Assembly (NCBI GenBank): GCA_016931175.1
Contig: JAFGFH010000022.1
Location: 17,527-81,526, forward strand
Length of the DNA: 64,000 nt
Reading direction: 5' to 3'
DNA from: Nanobdellota archaeon
Lineage (GTDB): Archaea > Nanobdellota > Nanobdellia > Tiddalikarchaeales > Tiddalikarchaeaceae
Shown here: one piece after another, positions 9,532 through 19,267 of the stretch
Position numbering within the stretch: the first letter of the stretch is position 1
How the letters are laid out: each line of letters begins with the position of its first letter
The notes under the pieces: generated by a model
What the model was told of the DNA's origin: nothing
Databases searched by the model: none
What the model saw: the letters and a program-made list of their open reading frames with translations, nothing else
Position numbers and translations under genes: made by a program

Positions 9532-9954
9532 TCACTTTAAACTAACACTCTCTTTTCCTTTTCCGCCGCTACCGCTGCTTGCGTGGGCAACCTTCTTTCT
9601 TGTGAGAACGAACTCTCCCAAGTACTGCCCTATCATTTCCTGTTTTATCTGAACAGGTTCGAATATTTTTCCGTTATGAACTTCTATCTTTAATCCTACC
9701 ATTTTAGGAAATATAATAGCATCCCTGCTTTGAGTCTTAATCTTCACCTGGTTCTTGCCGTTCTTCACCATCTCGTAAGACTTGTTAACCTTAGCCATTA
9801 AATCCTTCTGCGCCTTGGTTAATCCCCTCTTAAGGCTTCTCCTGGCTCTTGCTCCTATAATCTTTAACAACTCCTCATCTGTTAATGCTTGCAATTGTTC
9901 AAGCGTTTTGCCTTTGTAATAATATACTCTCTTTTTTGACTCTTCTTCACTCAT
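9532..9954 (-). CDS. rps19: 30S ribosomal protein uS19
   Basis: RARRSLKRG, HNGK, MIGQYLGEF. Confidence 0.96.
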   Translation of the reverse strand: MSEEESKKRVYYYKGKTLEQLQALTDEELLKIIGARARRSLKRGLTKAQKDLMAKVNKSYEMVKNGKNQVKIKTQSRDAIIFPKMVGLKIEVHNGKIFEPVQIKQEMIGQYLGEFVLTRKKVAHASSGSGGKGKESVSLK

Positions 9955-10685
9955 TACTTCTTACCTCTCTTTCTTCCAGTCCTTTTTGGAGATATGGAAC
10001 CAACCTTTGCTCCTGGAGGTGCTCTTCTGCTGACAGACTTGTTCTTCTTATTTCTCGCACCGCCACCACCATGAGGGTGATCAATAGCGTTCCTGGTTGA
10101 AGCAGTAACCTTTGAATGCTTCTTCCCTCTCGCCTGCCTAGCTCTTCTCTTATTAACTGCTTTAACAAAAGGTTTTTCCTTCCTTCCTCCTCCTGCAATT
10201 CTTCCAATAACTGCCCTGCAATCAGGCTTGAATATGATGTTTCTCCTGCTTGGCATTTGAACAATAACACCTTTTGGGTCATGAGCTATTACTCTGGCAG
10301 TTGCTCCGCTTGTTCTAACAAACTTAGCCCCGCTCCCGGGCTTGTTCTCAATGCAGTAAATAATCGTACCTTCAGGAATACTTGATAAAGGCATAATAGT
10401 TCCAAGGTTAGGTTCTGCCTTTGCCCCGCTCTGAACCTTGTCGCCAACCTTAATACCTAACGGTGCAGGGTAACTCATAATCTCATTATTCTCATAGTGA
10501 ACTAATAGCATTGGTGAATCCTTGCCAGGATCATGGTATATGTCTTTTACCACACCGTTTAAGACTCCGTTCTTTTCAACGTGGTCGTATTTTCTTATAG
10601 CCGTGGCTCCCTTAAACCTGTGCCCGGGGCTTCTGAATACAGAACCTCCCTTTCCTCTCCTTTGCTGCGGTAATCTCTTTGGCAT
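9954..10685 (-). CDS. rpl2: 50S ribosomal protein uL2
   Basis: QRRGKG, HDPG, DHPHGGG, PPGAKVG. Confidence 0.97.
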   Translation of the reverse strand: MPKRLPQQRRGKGGSVFRSPGHRFKGATAIRKYDHVEKNGVLNGVVKDIYHDPGKDSPMLLVHYENNEIMSYPAPLGIKVGDKVQSGAKAEPNLGTIMPLSSIPEGTIIYCIENKPGSGAKFVRTSGATARVIAHDPKGVIVQMPSRRNIIFKPDCRAVIGRIAGGGRKEKPFVKAVNKRRARQARGKKHSKVTASTRNAIDHPHGGGGARNKKNKSVSRRAPPGAKVGSISPKRTGRKRGKK

Positions 10686-10699
10686 TTATCTCATCTCAT

Positions 10700-10957
10700 T
10701 CATATTATACCTAACTGTGTTGCTATATCCATAGCGTTGAAATCATGGTGCAGCAGAACGAATGCTATCTTCCTGCCCATCCTGTTTTGAATATTAACCT
10801 TATCAACCTTCACTGCAAACATTGACTCAACAGCTTCCTTAACCAGTTTCTTGTCAGCCGAGTTTCTTACAACGAAGACTAGTTTGTTCTCGCTCTCCAT
10901 TAATCGAACGCTCTTCTCTGTTGTTAAAGGGTGTATTAAAACATTATAGTTCTTCAT
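10700..10957 (-). CDS. rpl23: 50S ribosomal protein uL23
   Basis: PLTTEKS, ENKLVFVV. Confidence 0.95.
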   Translation of the reverse strand: MKNYNVLIHPLTTEKSVRLMESENKLVFVVRNSADKKLVKEAVESMFAVKVDKVNIQNRMGRKIAFVLLHHDFNAMDIATQLGII

Positions 10958-11772
10958 TTCTTTTCACCCGTGAATAGTTTTTCCTCATTCATCAAGTTCA
11001 AGGCTTCAGATGTCCATACTGTTAATCTTCCAGGAACTCCGCCAGGAGCTAATATTGTAACGTTCAAGTTCTTTACAGGTATTGTTTCAACACCCTGCAA
11101 TCCCTTAGCTGCTTTCAGTAATGAACAGTCTTTTTCAACAACGAATAAAGGCCCTTTCTTAGTCTTGTATTTTCTTCCTCTCATCTTCCCCTTTCCTGCC
11201 CTTATCTTCTTCTCACTAACTCTTTCAAGCTCTTCTTTTAACCCAATCTTTTCTAATAATTTCTTAACATCATTCGTCTTTTTCAAGTCCTGAGCTTTTT
11301 CAATGACTAATGGAATACTAACGTTCTCAATAGAGTGGTTTCTTTCAATTACTAAATCCTTGTTAGTAGTTGCTGAAATAGCGCTTCTTATTGCGAGCAA
11401 TCTCTCTTTAGTATTAATCTTTTCTTCAAATATTACAGCTGTTTTTGGAGGATGAGCAATCCTACCCTTCCTCGTGTGAGGCGCTTTTTCTCCAACGAAG
11501 TTAAAATGAGTTCCTCTTCTGCTTATAATTTTTTTAGGAACCCTGCTTCTGCCAGCACCGTATACTCCCCTGTACTTTCTTCTCCTCTTTGACAACTCTG
11601 TAACCTTTCTCATTCCAGCCTCAGGGTCTGTTCCATGATGCTGGTAATTGTTTGAAATATTAGCATTGAATGCGCGGGTTATGATTATTGGCCTGTAAGC
11701 TTCGCTGAACTGTTTAGGCAAATCTACCTTGCCTGTCTTTTCCCCTTTTGCGTTAAAAACATCTGCTTTCAT
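10954..11772 (-). CDS. rpl4: 50S ribosomal protein uL4
   Basis: GRIAHPPK, RAGKGKMRGR, LAPGGVPGRL. Confidence 0.97.
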   Translation of the reverse strand: MKADVFNAKGEKTGKVDLPKQFSEAYRPIIITRAFNANISNNYQHHGTDPEAGMRKVTELSKRRRKYRGVYGAGRSRVPKKIISRRGTHFNFVGEKAPHTRKGRIAHPPKTAVIFEEKINTKERLLAIRSAISATTNKDLVIERNHSIENVSIPLVIEKAQDLKKTNDVKKLLEKIGLKEELERVSEKKIRAGKGKMRGRKYKTKKGPLFVVEKDCSLLKAAKGLQGVETIPVKNLNVTILAPGGVPGRLTVWTSEALNLMNEEKLFTGEKK

Positions 11773-11781
11773 ATCATATCC

Positions 11782-12804
11782 TCATCCTTGTTTTGAACTA
11801 ATTGATAAATATATTAGTTCCGGCACTTGTTTAGGCAGCACCTTGTTCGGCCTAATGCTCTTCCTTAATCTTATAAGCCTCTTCTTAGGGCCAGGAATAC
11901 TGCCTTTTATTAATAAAACTGTATTCTTCGGCTCTCCATAGTTAATGAATCCTCCCTTAACATTTACTTTTTCAGGTTCAACTATTTTCATAAGCCACTT
12001 GTTATAATCGCACCTTACTTGGTAACCCATTTGGCCGTGCTGTGGAACCCTGTGATCAACCTTTCTCGGACTCCATGCTCCAAGAGTCATTGCTTTTCTC
12101 TTAACCTTCTCTGCTTTGTGTCTTCCAATCTTAACGCCGAATCTTTTAACACTGCCTTGGAATCCTTTTCCTTTAGTTACTGAGAAAGTATCTATCTGCT
12201 CTCCTTCTTTAAAGACATCATTAACACTTACTTGCTTGCCTAATAATTCAAAGCCTTTATTTATAGCTTCCTTAATGTCTCCGCTGATTATTACTTCCAT
12301 AACTTCAGGCTTCTTCTTTCCCAAACTCGTTAGTTTAGGGTGAGTGTGAACAACTGCAGTAATTCTTTCAATATTATCTGCCATTTTTAGTACGTCTTCC
12401 TTATTTGCTGGTTTCTTCTTATCCTTCTCCTTAGCCTTCTTGCCTTTCAATACTAGTTTGCGGTTAAGCTCTTTGTCATAAGAATCAGAATTAACGTGTG
12501 AAAGAATTGAAAGACCATTTGAATTTTTTGAATAAAAGCGTAAAGAAAAGACTGTTAAAGGCGGGCACTCGATGACTGTTACTGGAACCGTTATCTCCTG
12601 CCCTTTTGATGGTGAGTTCTTCAGGTTGTCTATAACAGTTATGTGAGTCATGCCGACCTTGTATCCTGAAAAACTTGTAAGCAGAGTCTCGGATAACTCA
12701 GGAGCGTTTGTAATACTAGGATAAGCTCTTTTCGCCCTGGACCTTGGCCAGAACTGCATACTGCCTCTTCTTGGGCTGTCCTTGTCTCCTATTACGTGAC
12801 CCAT
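11782..12804 (-). CDS. rpl3: 50S ribosomal protein uL3
   Basis: PRRGSMQFWPR, GYKVGMTH, TKGKGFQG, KGSIPGP. Confidence 0.97.
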   Translation of the reverse strand: MGHVIGDKDSPRRGSMQFWPRSRAKRAYPSITNAPELSETLLTSFSGYKVGMTHITVIDNLKNSPSKGQEITVPVTVIECPPLTVFSLRFYSKNSNGLSILSHVNSDSYDKELNRKLVLKGKKAKEKDKKKPANKEDVLKMADNIERITAVVHTHPKLTSLGKKKPEVMEVIISGDIKEAINKGFELLGKQVSVNDVFKEGEQIDTFSVTKGKGFQGSVKRFGVKIGRHKAEKVKRKAMTLGAWSPRKVDHRVPQHGQMGYQVRCDYNKWLMKIVEPEKVNVKGGFINYGEPKNTVLLIKGSIPGPKKRLIRLRKSIRPNKVLPKQVPELIYLSISSKQG

Positions 12805-12926
12805 TCTTTTTTACCTAAATATACGACCTTTAAAACCTTTATTATCCTCTTGCAGACAGAACACGTAGTCAAATTTGTGTCGTACTGGAACAGAATTAAA
12901 TAGAAAGGATTAGTTTATAAAGCTTA

Positions 12927-13412
12927 CTACTTTAAGTCTTTCACTATGTCCATAATGTCTTTAACCTTGTCTTCAGGCAGGTAGCAGTGGGATTCTGTGC
13001 CGTCGCATGCTTTGTAATTAATCAATGCCATTCCTTCAATATTAAGATGAATGTCATCAAATAGTTTTGTAACGAATTCAGGATAAACTGTTGAGGCTTG
13101 CAGTAAACGCTTCCTGTTCGCCTCTAAACCTTCACTGCTTGAAAAATAGTGTTTGTTAAAATCTCCTTTTAGAATGCCTTCATTAAGGTAGTTCTTAACA
13201 AAATTAAATACTTTGTAACAAATCTCTGCTGAGACGAATTCCAAGTTTTTGAATGCCTCTTTAAACATTTTGTTATCCTTGTAAAATTTTAATCTGCGGC
13301 TTATCGTCTGGTAATTATACTCTTTTCTAAGCATTGCAATTACAGCTATTTCAAACAATTCCTCATTCACGTTTTCACCCGTGTAGAACATGTCCTCTAA
13401 TCCTGAACTCAT
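12927..13412 (-). CDS. Hypothetical protein
   Basis: 161-aa ORF with TATA-like TATAAAA about 30 bp upstream; no motif recognised. Confidence 0.7.
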   Translation of the reverse strand: MSSGLEDMFYTGENVNEELFEIAVIAMLRKEYNYQTISRRLKFYKDNKMFKEAFKNLEFVSAEICYKVFNFVKNYLNEGILKGDFNKHYFSSSEGLEANRKRLLQASTVYPEFVTKLFDDIHLNIEGMALINYKACDGTESHCYLPEDKVKDIMDIVKDLK

Positions 13413-13495
13413 AATTGTCCTTGCATAAAAGATTTTTCTTTTTTTAAGCTTTTATATAAGATTTTATAAATCCCGCACCGCTTTTAAGTTAATTA

Positions 13496-14527
13496 ATGGA
13501 AGTTGATGAAGCGGTTGAGGAGTTAAGCAAGCTTAAAATCTTTGACCCTGACAAGTTCAAGGAGAAGCTGAGATTGTTAAAGGCTAAGCAGCCGCATATT
13601 TACTACGAAGTTATTAAGATAATGAACATCAGCGATGCTGATGTGAAACCTGTAAAAACTGCATCCGGGGACCCTTATAACTTGTTCAAGAAAGACACTT
13701 CAAAGATAAAAAAGGATGCTGGAGGGTTTGGAATCGCTGTTATTGCAACAATCCTTATAGGATTGGTTGGCATAGGCGCAGTCTTCATATTTTTGCTTGA
13801 TGTTCCTCTTGAAGCCCCAACTACTTTCAACGCTAACGAGTCTGTAAGCTTGGGATACCAATTATTTAATTCAATCAATAATTTGTATCTGCAGTACAGT
13901 TTTGACTATAACACTACTTCTTCAACAATAACTTACTCAACAGGAAGAGAGTATTATAAGATAAGCAGTGATTATTACACCTCTGCTATTTACTTCAACA
14001 CGTTTAACTGCGCACCTGTTTGTTCGCTTATAACAACGGACGGTTACATAATCTCCAGAAAAGAAGGAGACACTTTATATTTTGGTATTTACAGCGACTG
14101 CAGCGTCTGCTCTTGCGATGTTTACTCAATGACTGATGTTAATGATTTCTGGGCGCAGGGTGTTTTAAACTATTACGACGAGTTGTACTATTACGTCAAT
14201 AATGGCTACGTTATTAACAGCGACAGGGAAGATGTTTGGACTATTAACGGGGAACAATGCGCTCCAATGTTCTTTGACATAAGGGTTCCGAACGAGTTAA
14301 AAAACAGCGGTTTCTTTGGAGAAGAGCTTACAAGCTTAAGGTACGAGTTGTGCTTGAACAATGAAGGAGTGCCTCTTGCTCTTGCAAAGAACTCAGACTA
14401 TGAAACTTATAGTGATACCTTTGTAGCGTTTCTTGAATCAATGGATGATATAATAGGATTATCAACAATTAGTGACAAGACTTTGAATGAGTGGGACAGC
14501 GAACAGTTAACCTGCGTCTCTATTTAA
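13496..14527 (+). CDS. Single-pass membrane protein with Cys-containing extracellular domain (paralog of 56076..57575)
   Basis: One TM helix (GFGIAVIATILIGLVGIGAVFIFLL); shared motifs SRKEGDTLYFGI/CSVCSC/CLNNEGVP. Confidence 0.8.
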   Translation: MEVDEAVEELSKLKIFDPDKFKEKLRLLKAKQPHIYYEVIKIMNISDADVKPVKTASGDPYNLFKKDTSKIKKDAGGFGIAVIATILIGLVGIGAVFIFLLDVPLEAPTTFNANESVSLGYQLFNSINNLYLQYSFDYNTTSSTITYSTGREYYKISSDYYTSAIYFNTFNCAPVCSLITTDGYIISRKEGDTLYFGIYSDCSVCSCDVYSMTDVNDFWAQGVLNYYDELYYYVNNGYVINSDREDVWTINGEQCAPMFFDIRVPNELKNSGFFGEELTSLRYELCLNNEGVPLALAKNSDYETYSDTFVAFLESMDDIIGLSTISDKTLNEWDSEQLTCVSI

Positions 14528-15909
14528 CCGTTAATAACTGCTACTGGTCTCAGCTTCGCGATGGGTTTTGCAATACCTAAACTCTTGCTTACTCTTATTA
14601 CTTCTTCAATGTCCTTATAAGCATGCTCTGACTCTTCAGCAGCGCCCATTCTTGTTGAACTCTTCAATAATATTCCCTTGCTTGACATCTCTTTCATTAC
14701 ACTTTCCGGCGTCATCTCCTTCTTCGCCTTTGTCCTGCTCATAACCCTGCCTGCGCCATGAGCAGTGCTTCCGAAAGTCTTAGACATGGAGTTGTCACCG
14801 CCGACGAGAAGATAACTATTAGTGCCCATGCTTCCAGGAATAATAACCTTGTCTCCAGGGAAGCTCTTCGTCGCGCCTTTCCTGTGAACAAAGCACTCAA
14901 CACCTTCATGGGTTTCAATCTTTGCTATGTTATGGCACACGTCATAAAATAATTCTAAACCAAGAGATTCTATTGAGCCGTCAAAGACTTTCATAAAACA
15001 ATCTCTGGCATTGTTCATAATTAGCTGCCTGTTAGCCCATGCGTAATTAGCGCTCGCACTCATAGCGCTGAAGTAATCAATTGCTACTTGAGAGTTTGAA
15101 GGAGCGTAAGCCAGTTCCCTGTCAGGCAAAGAGTTCACAATGTTTGGAAAAGTGTTCTCTATCTTCCTAACATAATCGCTCGCAACCTGGTGCCCGAGCC
15201 CCCTGCTCCCGCAGTGTATCATTGCATTCACCTGGTTCTTGAAGATGCCAAACTTTTTGCACAACTTCTCATCTATTATTTCATCAACTACGTGAATGTC
15301 AAGAAAGTGGTTGCCGCTGCCTAATGTTCCAACCTGTCCTTTGCCCCTGTTAAGAGCTCTTTCACTAACTTTTTCAGCATTTGCTTCTTTCATGCACCCG
15401 TTATTTTCACAGTTAATAATATCATTTTCAACTGCGAGCCCTTTCTGCTTCAAGTAATTAACCCCTTTCTCTAACAAATCCTTTAACTCATCTATGCTTA
15501 ACTTGAGAGCTCCTTCGCTCCCAACACCGCTTGGAATTTTTTTAAATAAAGAGTCAAGCAAGTCTTTAATCTTAGGGCTGACTTCTTTCAGTGTAAGATT
15601 CGTCTTTAAAACCCTGACCCCGCAGTTGATGTCAAAACCTACACCTCCCGGACTAATACCTCCTTCTTTAGTGCTTAATGCTGCAACACCTCCTATGCAG
15701 AAACCGTAGCCTTGGTGAGCGTCAGGCAAAGCGATTGCGTGTTTTTGAATGCCTGGGAGTGATGCCATGTTCTGCAATTGTTCAAGAGTGCGGTCGTTTC
15801 TGATTACATTCAACAATTCCTCGCTGGCGTAAACTATTCCATCAACTCTCATGCTGCCTGTCTTCGGCATCTTCCACTCAAAATCGCTGACCTTCTTTAA
15901 ATTCATCAT
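14524..15909 (-). CDS. rtcB: tRNA-splicing/RNA repair ligase RtcB
   Basis: PDAHQGYG, DINCG, GSGNHF, HCGSRG, HRKGAT, HGAGR. Confidence 0.97.
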   Translation of the reverse strand: MMNLKKVSDFEWKMPKTGSMRVDGIVYASEELLNVIRNDRTLEQLQNMASLPGIQKHAIALPDAHQGYGFCIGGVAALSTKEGGISPGGVGFDINCGVRVLKTNLTLKEVSPKIKDLLDSLFKKIPSGVGSEGALKLSIDELKDLLEKGVNYLKQKGLAVENDIINCENNGCMKEANAEKVSERALNRGKGQVGTLGSGNHFLDIHVVDEIIDEKLCKKFGIFKNQVNAMIHCGSRGLGHQVASDYVRKIENTFPNIVNSLPDRELAYAPSNSQVAIDYFSAMSASANYAWANRQLIMNNARDCFMKVFDGSIESLGLELFYDVCHNIAKIETHEGVECFVHRKGATKSFPGDKVIIPGSMGTNSYLLVGGDNSMSKTFGSTAHGAGRVMSRTKAKKEMTPESVMKEMSSKGILLKSSTRMGAAEESEHAYKDIEEVIRVSKSLGIAKPIAKLRPVAVING

Positions 15910-16331
15910 AAATCAACAGTTAATTCTATCTCAACCCCTTTGTTTGTATTCTTTATCTTCATCCCGAAATAAGTTATTGCCTTAACGCTGTTCTTAACCT
16001 CATGCTTTTCAGGATTAAACACTTCACCTTTAAAGACTGCTTTTATTCCAGGCTCTTCTTCATTCAATGATTCAACGCTGACGGTTTTAAACACTAATCC
16101 TTCAGCGTCATGAAAGTATAAAACGTCTTCAAGAAAATCGTAAAGCAATGACTTCAAATCCTTCGCTTCCCTGGTTACGAGTTTAATCTCCTGCTCTTCA
16201 ACCTTGTCAGTGTCAAACATTGCATTAATAAGAGCAAGGGCTGTGTTTTCAAATGCTTCTCTTAAATCCATGCCTATTGCCCTGATTGCCAGGTCTGCAG
16301 TGGCTTCGTTCTCTAAATACTCGTAAGGCAT
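15906..16331 (-). CDS. Archease (RtcB activator)
   Basis: YEYLE..TADL, VKAITY, C-terminal VDL; overlaps the rtcB start. Confidence 0.93.
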   Translation of the reverse strand: MPYEYLENEATADLAIRAIGMDLREAFENTALALINAMFDTDKVEEQEIKLVTREAKDLKSLLYDFLEDVLYFHDAEGLVFKTVSVESLNEEEPGIKAVFKGEVFNPEKHEVKNSVKAITYFGMKIKNTNKGVEIELTVDL

Positions 16332-16366
16332 AATAATTAAATACGTGCCGTTTGTTTAAAGATTTT

Positions 16367-16870
16367 ATGAACTATTACGACAGCATTGCTGAAGGTTATG
16401 ATGAATTATACGAAGACGAGCAGTTGAAGAAGTGGGAGAAGTGCAAGGCTTTGATTAATTTTAATGGAGTAACTCTTGATGTCGGCTGCGGGACGGGCTT
16501 TATTACAAAAAAGATTCGTAATGTCATAGGTGTTGATTCTTCAATTAAAATGCTTAAACAATGCAAAAAATTAAGAGTCGTGCTTGCCAGCGCAGAGAAT
16601 CTTCCTTTCAGGAAAGAATCTTTTGATACAGTATTCTCTTTCACCGCGCTTCAGGACGTTGATAATATTAGAAAAGCAGTTATTGAGATTAAAAGAGTTC
16701 TAAGAAAAGACGGCGAGTTATTAATCACTGTATTAGACAAGAAAAAAATTAGTATTGTTAGAAGTGAATTAAATAAAAAATTTAATGGATTAAAAGAAGA
16801 AAATATTGGGAAGGATGTTGTCTTCTTCAAGCAAAGACGAATTCAACATCGCCGCCAATGTACTTCTTAA
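16367..16870 (+). CDS. Class I SAM-dependent methyltransferase
   Basis: LDVGCGTG, GVDSS, AENLPF...FD, RVLR. Confidence 0.9.
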   Translation: MNYYDSIAEGYDELYEDEQLKKWEKCKALINFNGVTLDVGCGTGFITKKIRNVIGVDSSIKMLKQCKKLRVVLASAENLPFRKESFDTVFSFTALQDVDNIRKAVIEIKRVLRKDGELLITVLDKKKISIVRSELNKKFNGLKEENIGKDVVFFKQRRIQHRRQCTS

Positions 16871-18566
16871 CGCTTTCAAGAGTTTCTGCTTTTACTGTTG
16901 TAACAACGTCTTTGCAGGCAGGCTTCTTCCTTGCATCATTCAACTCTTTCAAGTTGCTTATCTTCAAATCAGAGAAGCTTCCATTGCTCTTAAGCTTTGA
17001 GCGCACAACTTCCTTCTCAGGCTGTTTCAAGTCTTTAATTATGAACACTTCATCACAGAGCACCCACATCTCCCCGTTCTTGCTGCCGTACTTGAAGTGT
17101 ATCTTGCTCCTCTCCGTATCTTTTAATTCATAGATTTGGGCAAGGTTCTCCATCATATTAACGAAGCTTTTAGCCTCTTTCTCAATAGTGTAAGCTTCCT
17201 CAGTTGTAAGCAAGTCCCTCTTAAAGTCCATCTTTGCATTCTTTATCTTCTTGCTTATAAAGTAGTAATCAGCGCCAGTTATTAATCCAGTGTCTAATAG
17301 TTTCTCTTTCATTAATTCCACAGCGTCTTTAGTTGTGGCTTTAACTCCCATAGCTTTAAGTGTTTTAACAACTGCTTCCAAGCAGTTATTCTCTGACTCT
17401 TCTAATGACTTCTTTATATTGTCATTCCTTATGTCAGTGAATAATTTCTCAATCCTGTCCTGGAAATCATTCGCTTGTTTCATAACTTTAGCAAATTCTT
17501 CAGGACTAATCTCTTTTATCTTGCCGTACTCAACACCTTTTCTTAATTTAATTATGTCTTCCAAGTAATCAGCGTACTTCTCCTCAATAAGCTTCAACTC
17601 ATTAACGAAGTGCTTCTTGAAAACTTTTGGCGTGTTAATAGCGTCAGTCGGCGGCACGCCTATAAGCATTAGTGCAGCCTGCGCAGGGTTAAACATTGCA
17701 AGAAATACTCTCTCAATAACCATTTCCTTAATATTATTGTTAATGTCCTGGATTAGTAATCTTCCAGTCCTGTAGAACTGGTCTACTGCTTCAGGGCTTG
17801 GCCTAAGCTTTCCCATCTTAAGCAGTGTTCTCCATGGTATGAACATTCCAGTATCATATAATGGTATGCCGTCACGAACCATGCTGAAGATTACCGGATG
17901 AGTGTCTCTCAAATTCTGCCAGAAATCAGTTAACAAGTATACTTGAATATTAAACTCGAAACCTGTCTGAGCTGCCATTCCATGAATCATTCTTCTCAAG
18001 CGAGCTAATACTTCATGCCTGCTCATTTTCTTAACATCAGTATCGTCTATGACGAATGAGATGTCAACGTCGCTGTCCTCGTGCATTGTTCCCCTGCTCA
18101 CGCTTCCAACAAGTATCATAGACAAGATGTAGCGTTTAAGCTTCTGCAAGCACATGTTCCTTAACAGTTCTGCAGCAACAAGTCCTTTTATGAAACCTTT
18201 GTCATACATTATCTTGTTAGTCTTAGGATTAGATAATGCTCGGATAAGCTCGTACTTCTGGTCATAGCAGCTCTGCCATAAACCGCTGAGAGGCAGTATT
18301 CTTGCCTTCTTGCCTTTATAATTCTCCATTAACTTAACGGATTTTTCATCGATTAAGTCGTTAATAATAGCAATAATCTCTTCCTCAGTCTTTGGAATTG
18401 CAAGCTCTCCTTCTTTAGGTTCAGCGCCTTCCTCTTCCTCTTTCGTAAACTCGACCTTGCAAACTGATATTAAAGAATCCTTAAAAATATCTTTTAACTC
18501 TTTAACTAAAGGGTCCTCTTTCTTAGGAGCCTTAGAATCTTTCAATTTTTTTTCATCATCTGCCAA
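16827..18566 (-). CDS. Nucleotidyltransferase (Pol-beta/MNT-like) domain protein with helical, HEPN-like region
   Basis: VGSVSRG...SDVDI motif; TTG start with SD AGGTGAT. Confidence 0.8.
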   Translation of the reverse strand: MADDEKKLKDSKAPKKEDPLVKELKDIFKDSLISVCKVEFTKEEEEGAEPKEGELAIPKTEEEIIAIINDLIDEKSVKLMENYKGKKARILPLSGLWQSCYDQKYELIRALSNPKTNKIMYDKGFIKGLVAAELLRNMCLQKLKRYILSMILVGSVSRGTMHEDSDVDISFVIDDTDVKKMSRHEVLARLRRMIHGMAAQTGFEFNIQVYLLTDFWQNLRDTHPVIFSMVRDGIPLYDTGMFIPWRTLLKMGKLRPSPEAVDQFYRTGRLLIQDINNNIKEMVIERVFLAMFNPAQAALMLIGVPPTDAINTPKVFKKHFVNELKLIEEKYADYLEDIIKLRKGVEYGKIKEISPEEFAKVMKQANDFQDRIEKLFTDIRNDNIKKSLEESENNCLEAVVKTLKAMGVKATTKDAVELMKEKLLDTGLITGADYYFISKKIKNAKMDFKRDLLTTEEAYTIEKEAKSFVNMMENLAQIYELKDTERSKIHFKYGSKNGEMWVLCDEVFIIKDLKQPEKEVVRSKLKSNGSFSDLKISNLKELNDARKKPACKDVVTTVKAETLESVKKYIGGDVEFVFA

Positions 18567-18658
18567 AAAAACATCACCTGTATACTAATTAATAATAATG
18601 ATAGGCAGAAATCTACTTATAAAGGTTTCTACTGAGCAGTAGTGATAAAGAAAAACAA

Positions 18659-19114
18659 TCAACAAACTCTCTTATTTTTTAAGTAATAATTCTGGTGGTA
18701 ATCCTCTGCAGGGTAGAACTCGGAGGCTTTCTCTACCTGTGTAACTATCTTCTTGCCAATTCTTTTCTCTTCCCTCTCTAATGACTTAATTGCTTCATCT
18801 CTCTGCTCTTTTGTGTAGTAAAAGATTACTGAACGGTACTGTTCTCCAAAGTCTAATCCCTGCCTGTTCTTGGTTGTAGGATTATGAATCTTCCAAAACA
18901 ATTCTAATAGTTTTTTGTAGCTTACCTTCTTCTCATCATACTCTACGTAAGTCACTTCAGCATGCCCGGTATTCTCGTAGCATACTTGTTTGTAAGTAGG
19001 GTTCTTATTTTTGCCTCCCATGAAGCCGACAACAGTCTTAGTAACACCTTTAACATTGTCAAACGCTTCCTGAACGTGCCAGAAACAACCCGCGCCAAAC
19101 ACTGCTTTTCTCAT
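18659..19114 (-). CDS. msrA: Peptide methionine sulfoxide reductase MsrA
   Basis: GAGCFW, PTY..VC, GHAE, NRQG.D.GEQYRS, AEDYHQ; real start at ATG 19114. Confidence 0.96.
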   Translation of the reverse strand: MRKAVFGAGCFWHVQEAFDNVKGVTKTVVGFMGGKNKNPTYKQVCYENTGHAEVTYVEYDEKKVSYKKLLELFWKIHNPTTKNRQGLDFGEQYRSVIFYYTKEQRDEAIKSLEREEKRIGKKIVTQVEKASEFYPAEDYHQNYYLKNKRVC

Positions 19115-19115
19115 A

Positions 19116-19199
19116 CGCTGGGGCTGAGATTTGAACTCAGGCCCACTTGCGTGGACAAGCTTTCCAGGCTTGCGCGTTAGACCACTCCGCCACCCCAGC
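19116..19199 (-). tRNA. tRNA-Ser(GGA)
   Basis: GCTGGGG acceptor stem, anticodon arm CAAGC-CTGGAAA-GCTTG, long variable arm, T-loop TTCAAAT, G discriminator; CCA not encoded. Confidence 0.95.
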
Positions 19200-19267
19200 A
19201 ATATTATAGAATTGGAGGTTTAGTGTTTAAAAAAGTTTATAAGCGTGATATTTTTGCTTTCTTTATC

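Noticed and set aside
9947-10282. Alternative-frame 111-aa ORF inside rpl2
   Set aside because: Almost fully overlaps uL2 and has no recognisable motif; a shadow ORF.
19115-19201. 29-aa N-terminal extension of MsrA in the ORF track
   Set aside because: It is a translation of the tRNA-Ser gene; MsrA homology begins at ATG 19114.
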